64,000 nt of DNA from Nitrospirota bacterium. GTDB lineage: Bacteria; JACPQY01. The notes under the pieces were generated by a model, which saw only the letters and a program-made list of their open reading frames with translations, was not told the DNA's origin and did not search any database. Below, piece by piece: positions 6,838 to 16,334 of this stretch. The DNA is taken from contig JACPAV010000028.1 in assembly GCA_016180645.1 (NCBI GenBank), positions 1 through 64,000 on the forward strand, given 5' to 3'. The position numbers and the translations under genes were made by a program. The stretch's first letter is position 1; every line of letters starts with the position of its first letter.

Positions 6838-9051
6838 TCAGTCCTGCGGAGGGGGTTCGGTGGGAAGGGTGACGGTGAAGGTGGATCCCCGGCCGGGCTC
6901 GCTCTGCACGTCCACTGTGCCGCCGAGGAGATCCACGAATTTTCTGACGATGTAGAGCCCCATGCCGACCCCTCCCCGCGAACGATCGTGCTGCCTTTCC
7001 GCTTGGCGGAACATGTCGAAAATGTGGGGCCGGTCTTCGGAGGGGATTCCGATTCCCGTGTCGGCGACGGTGAGCTGGATCTTTCGCTCATCGGGGAAGT
7101 GCTGCAGGGCCACCGCCACGTGGCCTTTGTCCGTGTATTTGACGGCATTGTCGACCAAGTTTTGAAAAATATGGCGGAGCTTGAGGGCATCCGTGCGAAT
7201 CGTGGGCAGATCTTCCGGGTAGTGCCATCCCAGGTCGATCTCCTTCGCGAGCGGCGTGGAGTAGGCGGCACGGAGATCTTCCATGAAGATACGCAGGGAG
7301 ACGTCCCGTGATTCGGCGCGCGCGCCGCCCGTTTCGATCCGGGTGGCCTCGAGGATGCTGGAGATCATGGCGTGCAGGTCGCCGGCGTAGCGCATGATTT
7401 TCGCGAGCGCCGTTTGCTGATTGGTTGTGATGGACCCCAGCAGGCCTTCGCGAAGCATCTTGGCGTAACCAATCAACGCCGTGAGCGGCGTTCGAAGTTC
7501 ATGCGACATGAAGCTGAGGAATTCCGATTGAACGCGGTTGGCCTGGAGGAGATCGTCCGCCTGCCGGCTCACCTTCTCGTAGAGCCTGGAGTTGCGGATG
7601 ACCATGCCCGCCTCCGAAGCGAGACTGGACAGGAGGTCCACCTCCGCCTTGGAGAAGGCGTGGGCCGAAAAGGTGTAGACCGAAAGAACGCCCAGCGGTT
7701 CTTCCTGGGCCTCAAGGGGAATTCCGATGCACGATACGAGGCCCTTCCGTTCGAATAGATCCCGATCCAGGGTCGAAGGATCCGTCTGCACGTTCGCGAC
7801 GAACACGGGATTCTTGCCGCCCAAGGCGGAATGACAGTGACAATGGGGCGATTCCAGGCCGTGACGCCGTGCGCCTTTTTCTTCGAGCCCCCGGAGGGCC
7901 GCGGGTTCCAGTTTTCCGCTCTCCGGATTGACGAGGCAGATGCAGGCTACGGTGGGAAAGCCCAGGACTCGAGCGGATTCCTCGAGGAGGACATTGAGCA
8001 CGGCGTGGGGATCGAGATTGGCGCTGATGGCGCGGTTCACTTCCCGGAGTGTCGCCAGCCGCTCGAAGTCCCGCTGCATCTGGCGACGGGCTTCGTCCGC
8101 GTCTTTCCTGGCCTTTTCGGCCTCCGCAAAGAGTCGCGCGTTGTCGATGGCGAGGGCCGCGTGGGCGGCGAACTCGCGCGCCCGGCCGAGGTCTCCTTCT
8201 GAATACGGGCAGTGAGAAGGGCCGCCGACGAAGGTGACCACGCCGAACGTGTGGCCGCGGGCGGTGAGCGGGACATGCATGGCCGTTCGGGCGTTGGCCT
8301 TTCGCATGAGTTCGAGGTGACGGGCGTCCCGCGCGGTCTGTTCGAACAGGGCCGCCGGAATTTCGGGTATCAGCATCGGCTGCCCCGACCGTAACGCGTG
8401 TACCACGGGGTGGGACTCCTCGGTTACCGTCGGGGCATAGCCGTGCAGTTCACGAGCCAGGGCGTCCTTCTCCGGATCGTCCCTCGGGACCCAGAGATGG
8501 TTGAGCCGTCCTTCATCGTCGAGCCGATAGATCGCGCACCAGTCGGCGATCCGTTTCTCGGCCAGATGGATGATGCTGTGGAGCGTGGCATCGTAGTCGA
8601 GCGATTCGACGAGGACGCGGCCGGCTTCCGTGAGGAAGTCCGACCATCCTTCGGCCCGTTTCCGCTCGCGGCGGAATTCCGTTTCGCGAAGCTCCCGCTC
8701 GATGGCGGGCAGGAGCCGCGTGAGGTTTGCTTTGGTGACGTAGTCGGCCGCCCCCATCCGCATGGCGGCGACGGCCGTTTCCTCTCCGATCGTTCCCGAG
8801 ATGAAGATGAGCGGCGTTTGGAGTCCCGATTCCTTGAGGATCGAAAGGGCCTCCGTGCCGCTGAAGTGGGGCATGGTGTAGTCGGCGAGAACGACGTCCC
8901 AGGGGCGGGCCTTGAGGGCGGTGGTGAAGTTCTCGGAGGACTCCACGCGATCCCAGCGCGGGTCGATTCCGGCTTTGCGGAGATGGTGAACCACAATCTC
9001 CGTGTCCTGCTCGGAATCTTCCACGAAAAGGATTTGAAGCGGCTTGTTCAT
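6838..9051 (-). CDS. Hybrid sensor histidine kinase (REC-GAF-GAF-HisKA-HATPase)
   Basis: ILFVEDS receiver, SHELRTPL H-box, NLVDNAVKYT, DTGIG, GVGMGL. Confidence 0.92.
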   Translation of the reverse strand: MNKPLQILFVEDSEQDTEIVVHHLRKAGIDPRWDRVESSENFTTALKARPWDVVLADYTMPHFSGTEALSILKESGLQTPLIFISGTIGEETAVAAMRMGAADYVTKANLTRLLPAIERELRETEFRRERKRAEGWSDFLTEAGRVLVESLDYDATLHSIIHLAEKRIADWCAIYRLDDEGRLNHLWVPRDDPEKDALARELHGYAPTVTEESHPVVHALRSGQPMLIPEIPAALFEQTARDARHLELMRKANARTAMHVPLTARGHTFGVVTFVGGPSHCPYSEGDLGRAREFAAHAALAIDNARLFAEAEKARKDADEARRQMQRDFERLATLREVNRAISANLDPHAVLNVLLEESARVLGFPTVACICLVNPESGKLEPAALRGLEEKGARRHGLESPHCHCHSALGGKNPVFVANVQTDPSTLDRDLFERKGLVSCIGIPLEAQEEPLGVLSVYTFSAHAFSKAEVDLLSSLASEAGMVIRNSRLYEKVSRQADDLLQANRVQSEFLSFMSHELRTPLTALIGYAKMLREGLLGSITTNQQTALAKIMRYAGDLHAMISSILEATRIETGGARAESRDVSLRIFMEDLRAAYSTPLAKEIDLGWHYPEDLPTIRTDALKLRHIFQNLVDNAVKYTDKGHVAVALQHFPDERKIQLTVADTGIGIPSEDRPHIFDMFRQAERQHDRSRGGVGMGLYIVRKFVDLLGGTVDVQSEPGRGSTFTVTLPTEPPPQD

Positions 9052-9152
9052 GGTTTTCGCATCCGGTCTAATCGGCGGGTGGGGATGCTCCCAGACTCGT
9101 GCCACGGGCACAATACCGCACATACCCTATTCGCCGAGCAGTCCGGCACCAA

Positions 9153-9168
9153 TGTGATGTAGATCACA
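9153..9168. promoter_or_regulatory. CRP/FNR-family binding site
   Basis: TGTGA-TGTAGA-TCACA. Confidence 0.65.
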
Positions 9169-9191
9169 AGTGATAGCACGTGTTACTTGGC

Positions 9192-9206
9192 GCAATTACA
9201 GTGCCA
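9192..9206 (-). promoter_or_regulatory. Sigma54 promoter for the hybrid kinase
   Basis: TGGCAC-TGTAA-TTGC on the minus strand, consensus -24/-12. Confidence 0.65.
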
Positions 9207-9446
9207 TCCCTCCAAGAACTTGTTTCGAGCACACGAAAGAACTAGTAATTATTAGATGTTGGATAAATCGCCTTAGGGGCCAATGAATTCTTTCAAACTG
9301 AGAGGGTGGAGATGGGGGTACGGGGACGACAATCCTGGTCAGATTGTCACGTGGATTTGACGGGGGTGCGTTCTGTTATATGAATCACCACCCCGTCGAG
9401 GCGAGGAGCGGTGAGCGAACCTCCTCGATTCCCGTGATGGTCCGAC

Positions 9447-9815
9447 TCACCTCAGCGGCAGCACGTTCTCGATGTGCTCCCACCAGCACGGTTTCTGAAG
9501 ATAGGCGCAGGCGCCCGCATCCAGCGCGGCTTGCTCGTAAATTTTTCGCGGAAGGCCGCTGATCACGAGGCACTGGACCGCCGGATCCTGCTTCTTGGCC
9601 TCGCGAATGACGTCCAGGCCGCTCCCGTCCGGCAGGTGCATGTCGACGATGATGATTCCGGGCTTCTCCCCCTTGAGCACATGGAGGGCGCCCTTGCGCG
9701 TATACGTTTGGGTGACGTCCAGTTTGTGCCGGCTGAGATTCACCGCCCACATGGCGGCGAGGTCGTGATCGTCCTCCACGATGAGAACTTTTTTTCGTTC
9801 GGTCTTGTCCTCCAC
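9447..9815 (-). CDS. Single-domain response regulator
   Basis: VLIVEDD...VDMHLPDGSG...YLQKP. Confidence 0.88.
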   Translation of the reverse strand: MEDKTERKKVLIVEDDHDLAAMWAVNLSRHKLDVTQTYTRKGALHVLKGEKPGIIIVDMHLPDGSGLDVIREAKKQDPAVQCLVISGLPRKIYEQAALDAGACAYLQKPCWWEHIENVLPLR

Positions 9816-9913
9816 GCGAACCCCCTTTCCCCGGCGGTCCCCACCGGGCCTACGCGAATGGTACGCGTTCGCCGGCACTTGTCAACCTGGGCGGGAATGC
9901 TACATTCGCGCGC

Positions 9914-10663
9914 GTGCCCCCATCACCCCCTCCGGACTCTCAAATCTCAAGTTTCAAATCTCAGAAAAGTGGTGGGATGACCCTGGACGATGCCCTCCGC
10001 ATCCTCCGAGCCGAGGTTCGGCAGTGGAAAGTGCCGGTCGTCGGTTGGTACTCTCCCGGCGCCGGCGAAATCGCCCCGGGGGTCCGGGCAGAGTCCCGCA
10101 CACGGTCGCCGTACGCCGTTCTCATCTCCTGCATCCTCTCGCTTCGCACGAAAGACCGGACGACCCACGCCGCCGCTGAAAGACTTTTTGCGGCCGCCTC
10201 CACGCCGCGCGATATGCTCACGCTCACGCCGCGGAAAATCGAGAGATTGATCTACCCGGTCGGTTTCTACAGGACAAAGGCAAAAAACATTCTCCGGATC
10301 AGCCGAATCCTTCTTGAACGGTGGGGCGGTCGAGTCCCCGATACGATCGAAGCATTGCTGGAACTTCCCGGCGTCGGCCGAAAGACCGCGAATCTGGTCG
10401 TCACGCTCGGCTACGACAAGTACGGCATCTGCGTGGATACCCATGTCCATCGAATTTCGAATCGATGGGGCTACGTGCAAACCCGAAGCCCCAATGAGAC
10501 CGAAATGGCTTTGCGCAAGAAACTTCCACGCCGCCATTGGAAAACATTCAACGACCTCCTCGTGACCTACGGACAGAACCTCTGCGTGCCCATTTCGCCG
10601 TGGTGCTCGAAGTGCAGGATTTCGTCGTTCTGTCGGAGGGTTGGCGTCAAGACGCACAGGTAG
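9914..10663 (+). CDS. nth: Endonuclease III (alternative start ATG 9977)
   Basis: HhH LPGVGRKTANLV, VDTHVHRI, C-x6-C-x2-C-x5-C Fe-S motif. Confidence 0.93.
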   Translation: MPPSPPPDSQISSFKSQKSGGMTLDDALRILRAEVRQWKVPVVGWYSPGAGEIAPGVRAESRTRSPYAVLISCILSLRTKDRTTHAAAERLFAAASTPRDMLTLTPRKIERLIYPVGFYRTKAKNILRISRILLERWGGRVPDTIEALLELPGVGRKTANLVVTLGYDKYGICVDTHVHRISNRWGYVQTRSPNETEMALRKKLPRRHWKTFNDLLVTYGQNLCVPISPWCSKCRISSFCRRVGVKTHR

Positions 10664-10665
10664 TC

Positions 10666-10721
10666 CCGCACTTTCCACACCATCGCGGACTTCGTGTCCG
10701 CCGTAAAGGTTGAAAGTGCGG
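10666..10721. repeat. Structured repeat, copy 2
   Basis: Homologous to 6631-6686; starts 3 nt after the nth stop. Confidence 0.8.
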
Positions 10722-10784
10722 CCGGCATCACGCCGGGCCGTCTTTCCAACATGGGCCATTCGTCTATAATGCCGCGGAATAGGG

Positions 10785-11405
10785 ATGGGCAAAATCATTC
10801 TCGCCTCGAAGTCGCCCCGGCGGTCGGAACTGCTTGAAAGCATGAAGATTGCCTTTGAGGCGATCCCCAGTGCCGTTCAAGAGAGTTTGAAGGAGGGGGA
10901 GGATCCGAAGGACGGTTGCATGCGGCTCGCCTTGGCCAAGGCGTTCGACGTCTGTGAAAAAGTCGACGGTCAGTCGGCGGAGGAATCGTGGGTGATCGGG
11001 GCCGACACCCTGGTGGTGGTGAACGGAACCGCCCTCGGCATTCCGAAATCGTACGACCAGGCGCGGCACATGCTGCGGATGCTCAGCGGGCGCGAGCACT
11101 GGGTGTTCACCTCGTTCGCCGTGGTCAACTCGGTCACGCGGGGATGGGAGGCGGAGTTGGTCGGAACGCTGGTGAAGATGAAAGAGGTGGACGAGCAGGA
11201 GATCGAGCGGTACCTCCAGACGGGCGAACCATTCGACAAGGCCGGGGCCTATGCCATTCAGGGGATCGGGGCGTTCATGGTGGAGAAGATATTCGGCTCG
11301 TACACCAACGTGGTGGGGTTGCCCATGGCGGAACTCATTCAGGTCCTGATCAAGATGGGCGCGATTCCGGGGTTCCCGGGGAAGCACGAGGAGGAGAAGA
11401 AGTGA
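10785..11405 (+). CDS. maf: Maf nucleotide pyrophosphatase
   Basis: ILASKSPRR, IGADT, DKAGAYAIQ, NVVGLP. Confidence 0.95.
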   Translation: MGKIILASKSPRRSELLESMKIAFEAIPSAVQESLKEGEDPKDGCMRLALAKAFDVCEKVDGQSAEESWVIGADTLVVVNGTALGIPKSYDQARHMLRMLSGREHWVFTSFAVVNSVTRGWEAELVGTLVKMKEVDEQEIERYLQTGEPFDKAGAYAIQGIGAFMVEKIFGSYTNVVGLPMAELIQVLIKMGAIPGFPGKHEEEKK

Positions 11406-12256
11406 GCACGATCCCGATGCCGGCCGTCCGGCCTTCCGACATCGCCGGGAGGCTGCGGGAGGTTCGGGAGAGAATCGACCGGGCGGCGCGACGGTCCGGC
11501 CGATCGGCCCACGACGTCCGTTTGGTCGCGGTCACGAAGACGCTCGACGCCGCCGTGGTCCAAGCGGCCTGCGCGCTCGGCCTTTCGGACTTTGGCGAGA
11601 ACTATATTCAGGAAGCCGCGAAGAAAGTGGCGATCCTCGTGGGGGAAGGCGCACGCCCGACGTGGCACTTGATCGGCCACCTTCAGGCGAATAAGGTGAA
11701 AGCCGTGATGGGAACGTTCGCTTGGATACATTCCGTGGATCGGATGTCGTTGCTCGACGATCTCGCGCGTCAGGGTCGGGCCGAAGCCGCCATGCCGGAA
11801 CTCCTTTTGCAGGTCAATCTCGAACAGGATCGCGCGAAGAGCACCAAATTTGGATTTGAGCCGGCGGAGTTGGAAAATGCCCTCCATGCCGCCGCGGAGC
11901 GGCGCCTCCCCGTGCGGGGCCTGATGACCTTCCCGCCCTATTTCGAAGATCCCGAACGAGCGCGCCCGTACTACGCAAGATTGCGGGCCTTGCGCGAGGA
12001 ACTGGCCCGCCGCGATTGGGGCGAGGGGATCGAGATCCGGGAACTCTCGATGGGAATGTCGAATGACTTCGAAACCGCGATCGAAGAGGGGGCGACGATG
12101 GTGCGTGTGGGGACGTCCTTGTTCGGCGCCCGGATGGCAGAGCCGTCCCGCGACGGCCAGGACGGCCCCAAGCGGGGCGGCGCCCGGATGGCAGAGCCGT
12201 CCCGCGACGGCCAGGACGGCCTAAAGCGGGGTGGGCCGCGGAGGAGAGACGAATGA
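11402..12256 (+). CDS. yggS: PLP homeostasis protein YggS
   Basis: LVAVTK, FGENY, WHLIGHLQ, LSMGMSNDF, VRVGTSLFG. Confidence 0.93.
   Translation: MSTIPMPAVRPSDIAGRLREVRERIDRAARRSGRSAHDVRLVAVTKTLDAAVVQAACALGLSDFGENYIQEAAKKVAILVGEGARPTWHLIGHLQANKVKAVMGTFAWIHSVDRMSLLDDLARQGRAEAAMPELLLQVNLEQDRAKSTKFGFEPAELENALHAAAERRLPVRGLMTFPPYFEDPERARPYYARLRALREELARRDWGEGIEIRELSMGMSNDFETAIEEGATMVRVGTSLFGARMAEPSRDGQDGPKRGGARMAEPSRDGQDGLKRGGPRRRDE
12124..12231 (+). repeat. 54-bp tandem duplication in the yggS 3' end
   Basis: Two near-identical copies encoding GARMAEPSRDGQDG(P/L)KRG. Confidence 0.9.
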
Positions 12257-13071
12257 AAAAGGTCGGACTCATCGGTGGCGGTCGAATGGGCGAGGCCCTC
12301 GTGCGGGGCCTCATCTTTTCCAAGTTTCTCCCGTCCGACGCCGTGGGGGTGTGTGACGTGGACTTGCGCCGCCTGGACCATCTCCATCAGGAGTTCGGCG
12401 TGGCGACGTTCAAGAGTAACGCGCTGCTGACCCAATGGGCGGACGTCATCGTGTTGGCGGTCAAGCCCCAGATCGTGACCGGGGTCCTCCGGGAGTTGGC
12501 CGGCGGGAAGCTGGACGGAAAACTGATCGTATCGATTGTTGCGGGGCTGCCGCTCGAAACGATCAAGGCCGGTTTGTCCCCAGCCGTTCGCGTGGTGAGG
12601 GTCATGCCCAACACGCCGGCCCAAGTGCTTGAAGGCATGTCCGTGCTCTGCTTCGATGCCGGTCTTGGAGAAGCAGAGCATGTGTTTGTGAAGCAGATGT
12701 TTGAATCGGTCGGCCAAGTGGTGGTTACGGAAGACGAGAAGATCATGAATGTGGCGACGGCGCTCGTGGGAAGCGGGCCGGCCTTTGTGTTTCTGTTCAT
12801 CGAGGCGGTGGCGGACGGTGCGGTTCGGATGGGGCTGCCGCGGGACAAGGCTTACGCGGCCGCGGCGCAGATGGTGCTCGGCGCGGCCAAGCTCGTGCTC
12901 GAAACCGGTCAGCATCCCGGCCAGCTCAAAGACCAGGTGGCTTCCCCCGGCGGAACTACGATCGAGGGGCTGAGCGCGCTTGAAAAAGGCGGTTTCCGCG
13001 GGCTTTTGATTGACGCGATTGAAGCGGCCACAAAGCGCTCGGAACAGTTGTCTCCCACCGCGAAGAAGTGA
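12253..13071 (+). CDS. proC: Pyrroline-5-carboxylate reductase
   Basis: IGGGRMG, LAVKPQ, RVMPNTP, GSGPAF, SPGGTT. Confidence 0.96.
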   Translation: MKKVGLIGGGRMGEALVRGLIFSKFLPSDAVGVCDVDLRRLDHLHQEFGVATFKSNALLTQWADVIVLAVKPQIVTGVLRELAGGKLDGKLIVSIVAGLPLETIKAGLSPAVRVVRVMPNTPAQVLEGMSVLCFDAGLGEAEHVFVKQMFESVGQVVVTEDEKIMNVATALVGSGPAFVFLFIEAVADGAVRMGLPRDKAYAAAAQMVLGAAKLVLETGQHPGQLKDQVASPGGTTIEGLSALEKGGFRGLLIDAIEAATKRSEQLSPTAKK

Positions 13072-13072
13072 A

Positions 13073-13369
13073 ATGCACAACGTTTTAGCCGGGCTGGCGG
13101 TGGTCCTCGATGGACTCCTGACGTTCTATTTCTGGATCGTCGTCGTCGGAGCCCTGATCTCGTGGGTCAACCCTGACCCCTACAATCCGATCGTGAGATT
13201 TCTGAGGGGGGTGACGGAACCGGTGTTTCGCCCCATCCGGCGCCTTTTGGGAAGGTGGATGATGGTTTCGGGGATCGACCTGAGCCCGCTGGTGGTCATT
13301 CTTCTCATCCAGTTTCTTCAGTACGCCGCCGTGGCGAATCTGCGCGAATGGGCCGCGAAGCTGAATTGA
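13073..13369 (+). CDS. yggT: YggT family membrane protein
   Basis: ISWVNPDPYNP...TEPV...IDLSP. Confidence 0.92.
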   Translation: MHNVLAGLAVVLDGLLTFYFWIVVVGALISWVNPDPYNPIVRFLRGVTEPVFRPIRRLLGRWMMVSGIDLSPLVVILLIQFLQYAAVANLREWAAKLN

Positions 13370-13397
13370 GATCGATTTTTCGTCGAAGGAGGGAACG

Positions 13398-13904
13398 ATG
13401 AAACTGACTCCCATGGAAATCCGGCAATCGGAGTTTCGCCGCACGTTCACCGGCTACGATACGGGCCAGGTGCGGGCGCTGCTCGACGTGGTGGTGGAAG
13501 AAATGGAACGGCTCATCAAGGAAAATTCGACGATGAAGGGGGATCTGCGGCGAAAGGACATGCGGCTTCAGGAGATGGAAGACGGCGAAAAGAACGTTCG
13601 CGAGACACTCCTCACGCTTCACAAGATGACCCAGCAGGTCCGAGGGGACGCCGAGAAAGAGGCGGAGCTGATCGTCAGCCGGGCGCAACTTCAGTCTGAA
13701 ACGATCCTCAACGACGCCCAGCAGAAATACAACCGGCTGGTGTCGGAACTCCAGGAGATGAGGCGTGTGAAGATTCAGTTCGAGGCCGCCGTGCGATCGG
13801 CCGTGGATCAGCATTTGAAGATGCTCGAAGGACTGACCGCGCCGGAAATCGAGCGGACGGAGGACAAGATTCGGTTTTTCACCGGAGCCAAATCGGGCGA
13901 GTAG
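13398..13904 (+). CDS. divIVA: DivIVA domain protein
   Basis: MKLTPMEIRQSEFRRTFTGYD followed by coiled coil. Confidence 0.9.
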   Translation: MKLTPMEIRQSEFRRTFTGYDTGQVRALLDVVVEEMERLIKENSTMKGDLRRKDMRLQEMEDGEKNVRETLLTLHKMTQQVRGDAEKEAELIVSRAQLQSETILNDAQQKYNRLVSELQEMRRVKIQFEAAVRSAVDQHLKMLEGLTAPEIERTEDKIRFFTGAKSGE

Positions 13905-13928
13905 TGGCGTGTAGGGCAAGTCATGGTC

Positions 13929-14000
13929 GAGATTGCTTCGTCGGGAACTCCTCGCAATGACGGCAACCGTTTGTCCTTGCGAGCGAAGCGAAGCAATCTC
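13929..14000. repeat. Palindromic REP-like element
   Basis: GAGATTGCTTCG...CTCGCAATGAC / GTCCTTGCGAG...CGAAGCAATCTC. Confidence 0.8.
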
Positions 14001-14050
14001 ATGACGACAAACCCGGCCACGACTTGCCCTACGATCCGGTAGTGGCCTGG

Positions 14051-14698
14051 GTGAAGACCCCTTCGAGGGGCCGTTTCATCACCTTCGAAGGGATCGAAGG
14101 CTGCGGGAAGTCCACCTGCATCCGCCATGTGGCGGGCCGTCTGCGGCGTTCAGGCAGACGGGTGGTGGTGACGAGAGAGCCGGGCGGAACTCCCGACGGA
14201 CTCTTCATCAGGAAGCTGCTTCTCGAGTCCTCAGACGCGATGGACCCTCGAACCGAGCTTGTTCTCTACTGCGTGGACCGTTGGATTCATTCGGCTAGGG
14301 TGATCCTCCCCAGGCTGAGGCGTGGGGGCATTGTGCTGTCCGATCGATACTACGACTCCACGATGGCGTACCAAGGGGCGGGCCGGAAACTGCCCTCTTC
14401 TTTCCTTCGTGAGTGGGTCCTGGGCGTGGGCAATCTTCCCCGGCCGGATCTTACCCTGCTCCTCGACTGTCCGGTGGAAACCGGTTTCCGACGTCTCCGG
14501 AGTCGTGGGTTTTCGCGAGACCGGATGGAGCGGGAAGCACTTTCTTTCCACCGGAGGGTCCGAGCGGCCTACCTGGAACGAGCAAGACGCGATCCGGAGC
14601 GCTTTCGCGTGATCGACTCTTCCCGTTCTCTCTCCAAGGTGCTGCTGGACGTGGAGGGCACGGTGGAGAATCTTCTGCCATCCTCTCGTAGACGGTAG
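14051..14698 (+). CDS. tmk: Thymidylate kinase
   Basis: FITFEGIEGCGKST, TREPGGT, SDRYYDSTMAYQG. Confidence 0.95.
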   Translation: MKTPSRGRFITFEGIEGCGKSTCIRHVAGRLRRSGRRVVVTREPGGTPDGLFIRKLLLESSDAMDPRTELVLYCVDRWIHSARVILPRLRRGGIVLSDRYYDSTMAYQGAGRKLPSSFLREWVLGVGNLPRPDLTLLLDCPVETGFRRLRSRGFSRDRMEREALSFHRRVRAAYLERARRDPERFRVIDSSRSLSKVLLDVEGTVENLLPSSRRR

Positions 14699-14706
14699 AC
14701 CATCGA

Positions 14707-15618
14707 ATGGGCTTAATTGAGGGATGGTCGAAGGTCCGCCGGGCCATCGTGGCGAAGTTCTCCGCCCTCGCGGACGGGGTGGCCAAGCGTGATCCCAAGG
14801 TCCTGGCGGAATTGGAGGAGTTTCTGATCACCTCGGATTTTGGGCCGGAGGTGTCCAAACGGCTCGTGGAAGAGGCACGGAAACTCCTGGGTGCCGGAGA
14901 ATCGACCGACGTCCAGACCGTCAAGGGTAGACTGGCCGTGGTGCTCCTCGAAACGCTGAAGATTCCATCGACCGGGGCGGTTGTCGGTCCCAAACCCCGG
15001 GTGATCTTTCTGGTGGGCCCCCATGGGGTGGGGAAAACCACCACGGCGGGCCGGCTGGCGCATCGTTTCGCTTCAGAAGGGAAATCGGTGGTGCTGGCTG
15101 CGGGTGACACTCACCGCGCGGCGGCCATTGAGCAAGTGCGCCAGTGGGCAGGGCGTTCAGCCTCCACGCAGGGTCGGGTGGAATGCGTGGGTCAGCAGGA
15201 GGGTGCTGATCCGGCTGCTGTGATTTTTGATGCTGTGACGCATGCGCGGAAGTCGGCATCGGATTTCGTGATTGCGGACACCGCCGGACGGGTCCACACC
15301 CGGCAGCCGCTCATGGAATCTCTCCAGAAGACCCGCCGCGCCATGGAGAAAGCGCATCCCGGTTCTCCGCATGAAACGCTTCTCGTTCTCGATGCGACCG
15401 TAGGGCAGAATGCGCTATCCATTGCCCGCAGCTTCGCCCAAGCCGTGCCGCTCACGGGGCTGGTGCTGACCAAGATGGACGGAACGGCCAAGGGTGGAAC
15501 GGTCTTCGCGCTATGCCGGGAGTTGAGGATTCCGGTCGTCTACGTCGGAGTGGGGGAAGGAGCCGGGGATTTGGTGCCGTTCGAAGCAGGGAGCTTCGTC
15601 GGTTCGCTCTTGGATTAA
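14707..15618 (+). CDS. ftsY: SRP receptor FtsY
   Basis: GVGKTTT, DTAGR, TKMDGTAKGG. Confidence 0.93.
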   Translation: MGLIEGWSKVRRAIVAKFSALADGVAKRDPKVLAELEEFLITSDFGPEVSKRLVEEARKLLGAGESTDVQTVKGRLAVVLLETLKIPSTGAVVGPKPRVIFLVGPHGVGKTTTAGRLAHRFASEGKSVVLAAGDTHRAAAIEQVRQWAGRSASTQGRVECVGQQEGADPAAVIFDAVTHARKSASDFVIADTAGRVHTRQPLMESLQKTRRAMEKAHPGSPHETLLVLDATVGQNALSIARSFAQAVPLTGLVLTKMDGTAKGGTVFALCRELRIPVVYVGVGEGAGDLVPFEAGSFVGSLLD

Positions 15619-16133
15619 GCTTCTTCCTCGTCGATCTTGGCGCGGGACGCGTGAGTGGCGGATTCGATGACTTCCCGGCGCCGTTGCTCCCCCATCTCGT
15701 TCTCAAGACCGGACTGGCACGTTACGCACATTCGGGCAAAGGGCATGATGCGAAGGCGGGCCGTGGGAATCGTGGACGTGCAATTCTCGCAGGCGCCGTA
15801 TTCCCCCCGGTCGATCCGAAACAGGGCGTCGTTGATCTCCTTGAGTTTCTGGCTTTCGATGTCTCCGAGCATGAGCGTCAATTCGCGCTCGCGGTCGCTG
15901 TAGGCCTGATCGTACAAGTCGCCCACTTCCCGTTTCAGAGAGTACCGCTCCTTCTTGGCCGTTTTCAGGATCTGGGTGAGGAGATCTTCCTTCATCTTGG
16001 CCAGCTGATGGCGAATTTCGAGGTAAGGTCCGCTGGTCGCTTTGCGGATCTTTTTGGCGGACTTCTTGGCCGTCACACGGGCGGGGGTCGCCGACTTCTT
16101 GACCTTGGCCGTCTTCTTCCTATCTTTGCTCAT
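15615..16133 (-). CDS. DksA/TraR C4 zinc-finger protein with Lys/Ala-rich N-terminus
   Basis: DALFRIDRGEYGACENC...RLRIMPFARMCVTCQ. Confidence 0.88.
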   Translation of the reverse strand: MSKDRKKTAKVKKSATPARVTAKKSAKKIRKATSGPYLEIRHQLAKMKEDLLTQILKTAKKERYSLKREVGDLYDQAYSDRERELTLMLGDIESQKLKEINDALFRIDRGEYGACENCTSTIPTARLRIMPFARMCVTCQSGLENEMGEQRRREVIESATHASRAKIDEEEA

Positions 16134-16334
16134 GCTTTTCTTGGAGCCGCGGATTCGGTGGGCAATCCGTCTCAAAATTCCGATGGCGTTCTCCCTTCTG
16201 CCCGCGGCATCTGCCCATCTTAGCGGGGAAAGTCCCCATGTCAAGTGGACCCCGGATCGATTCGACGCAGCGGACGCATGGACGGGTTCCGAATGCACGG
16301 TATACTGGTGGGCCTGCAACCCGAGGGATACACG

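Noticed and set aside
10988-11401. Long N-terminal extension of YggS in the ORF track
   Set aside because: Overlaps maf in another frame; GTG 11402 overlapping the maf stop is the better start
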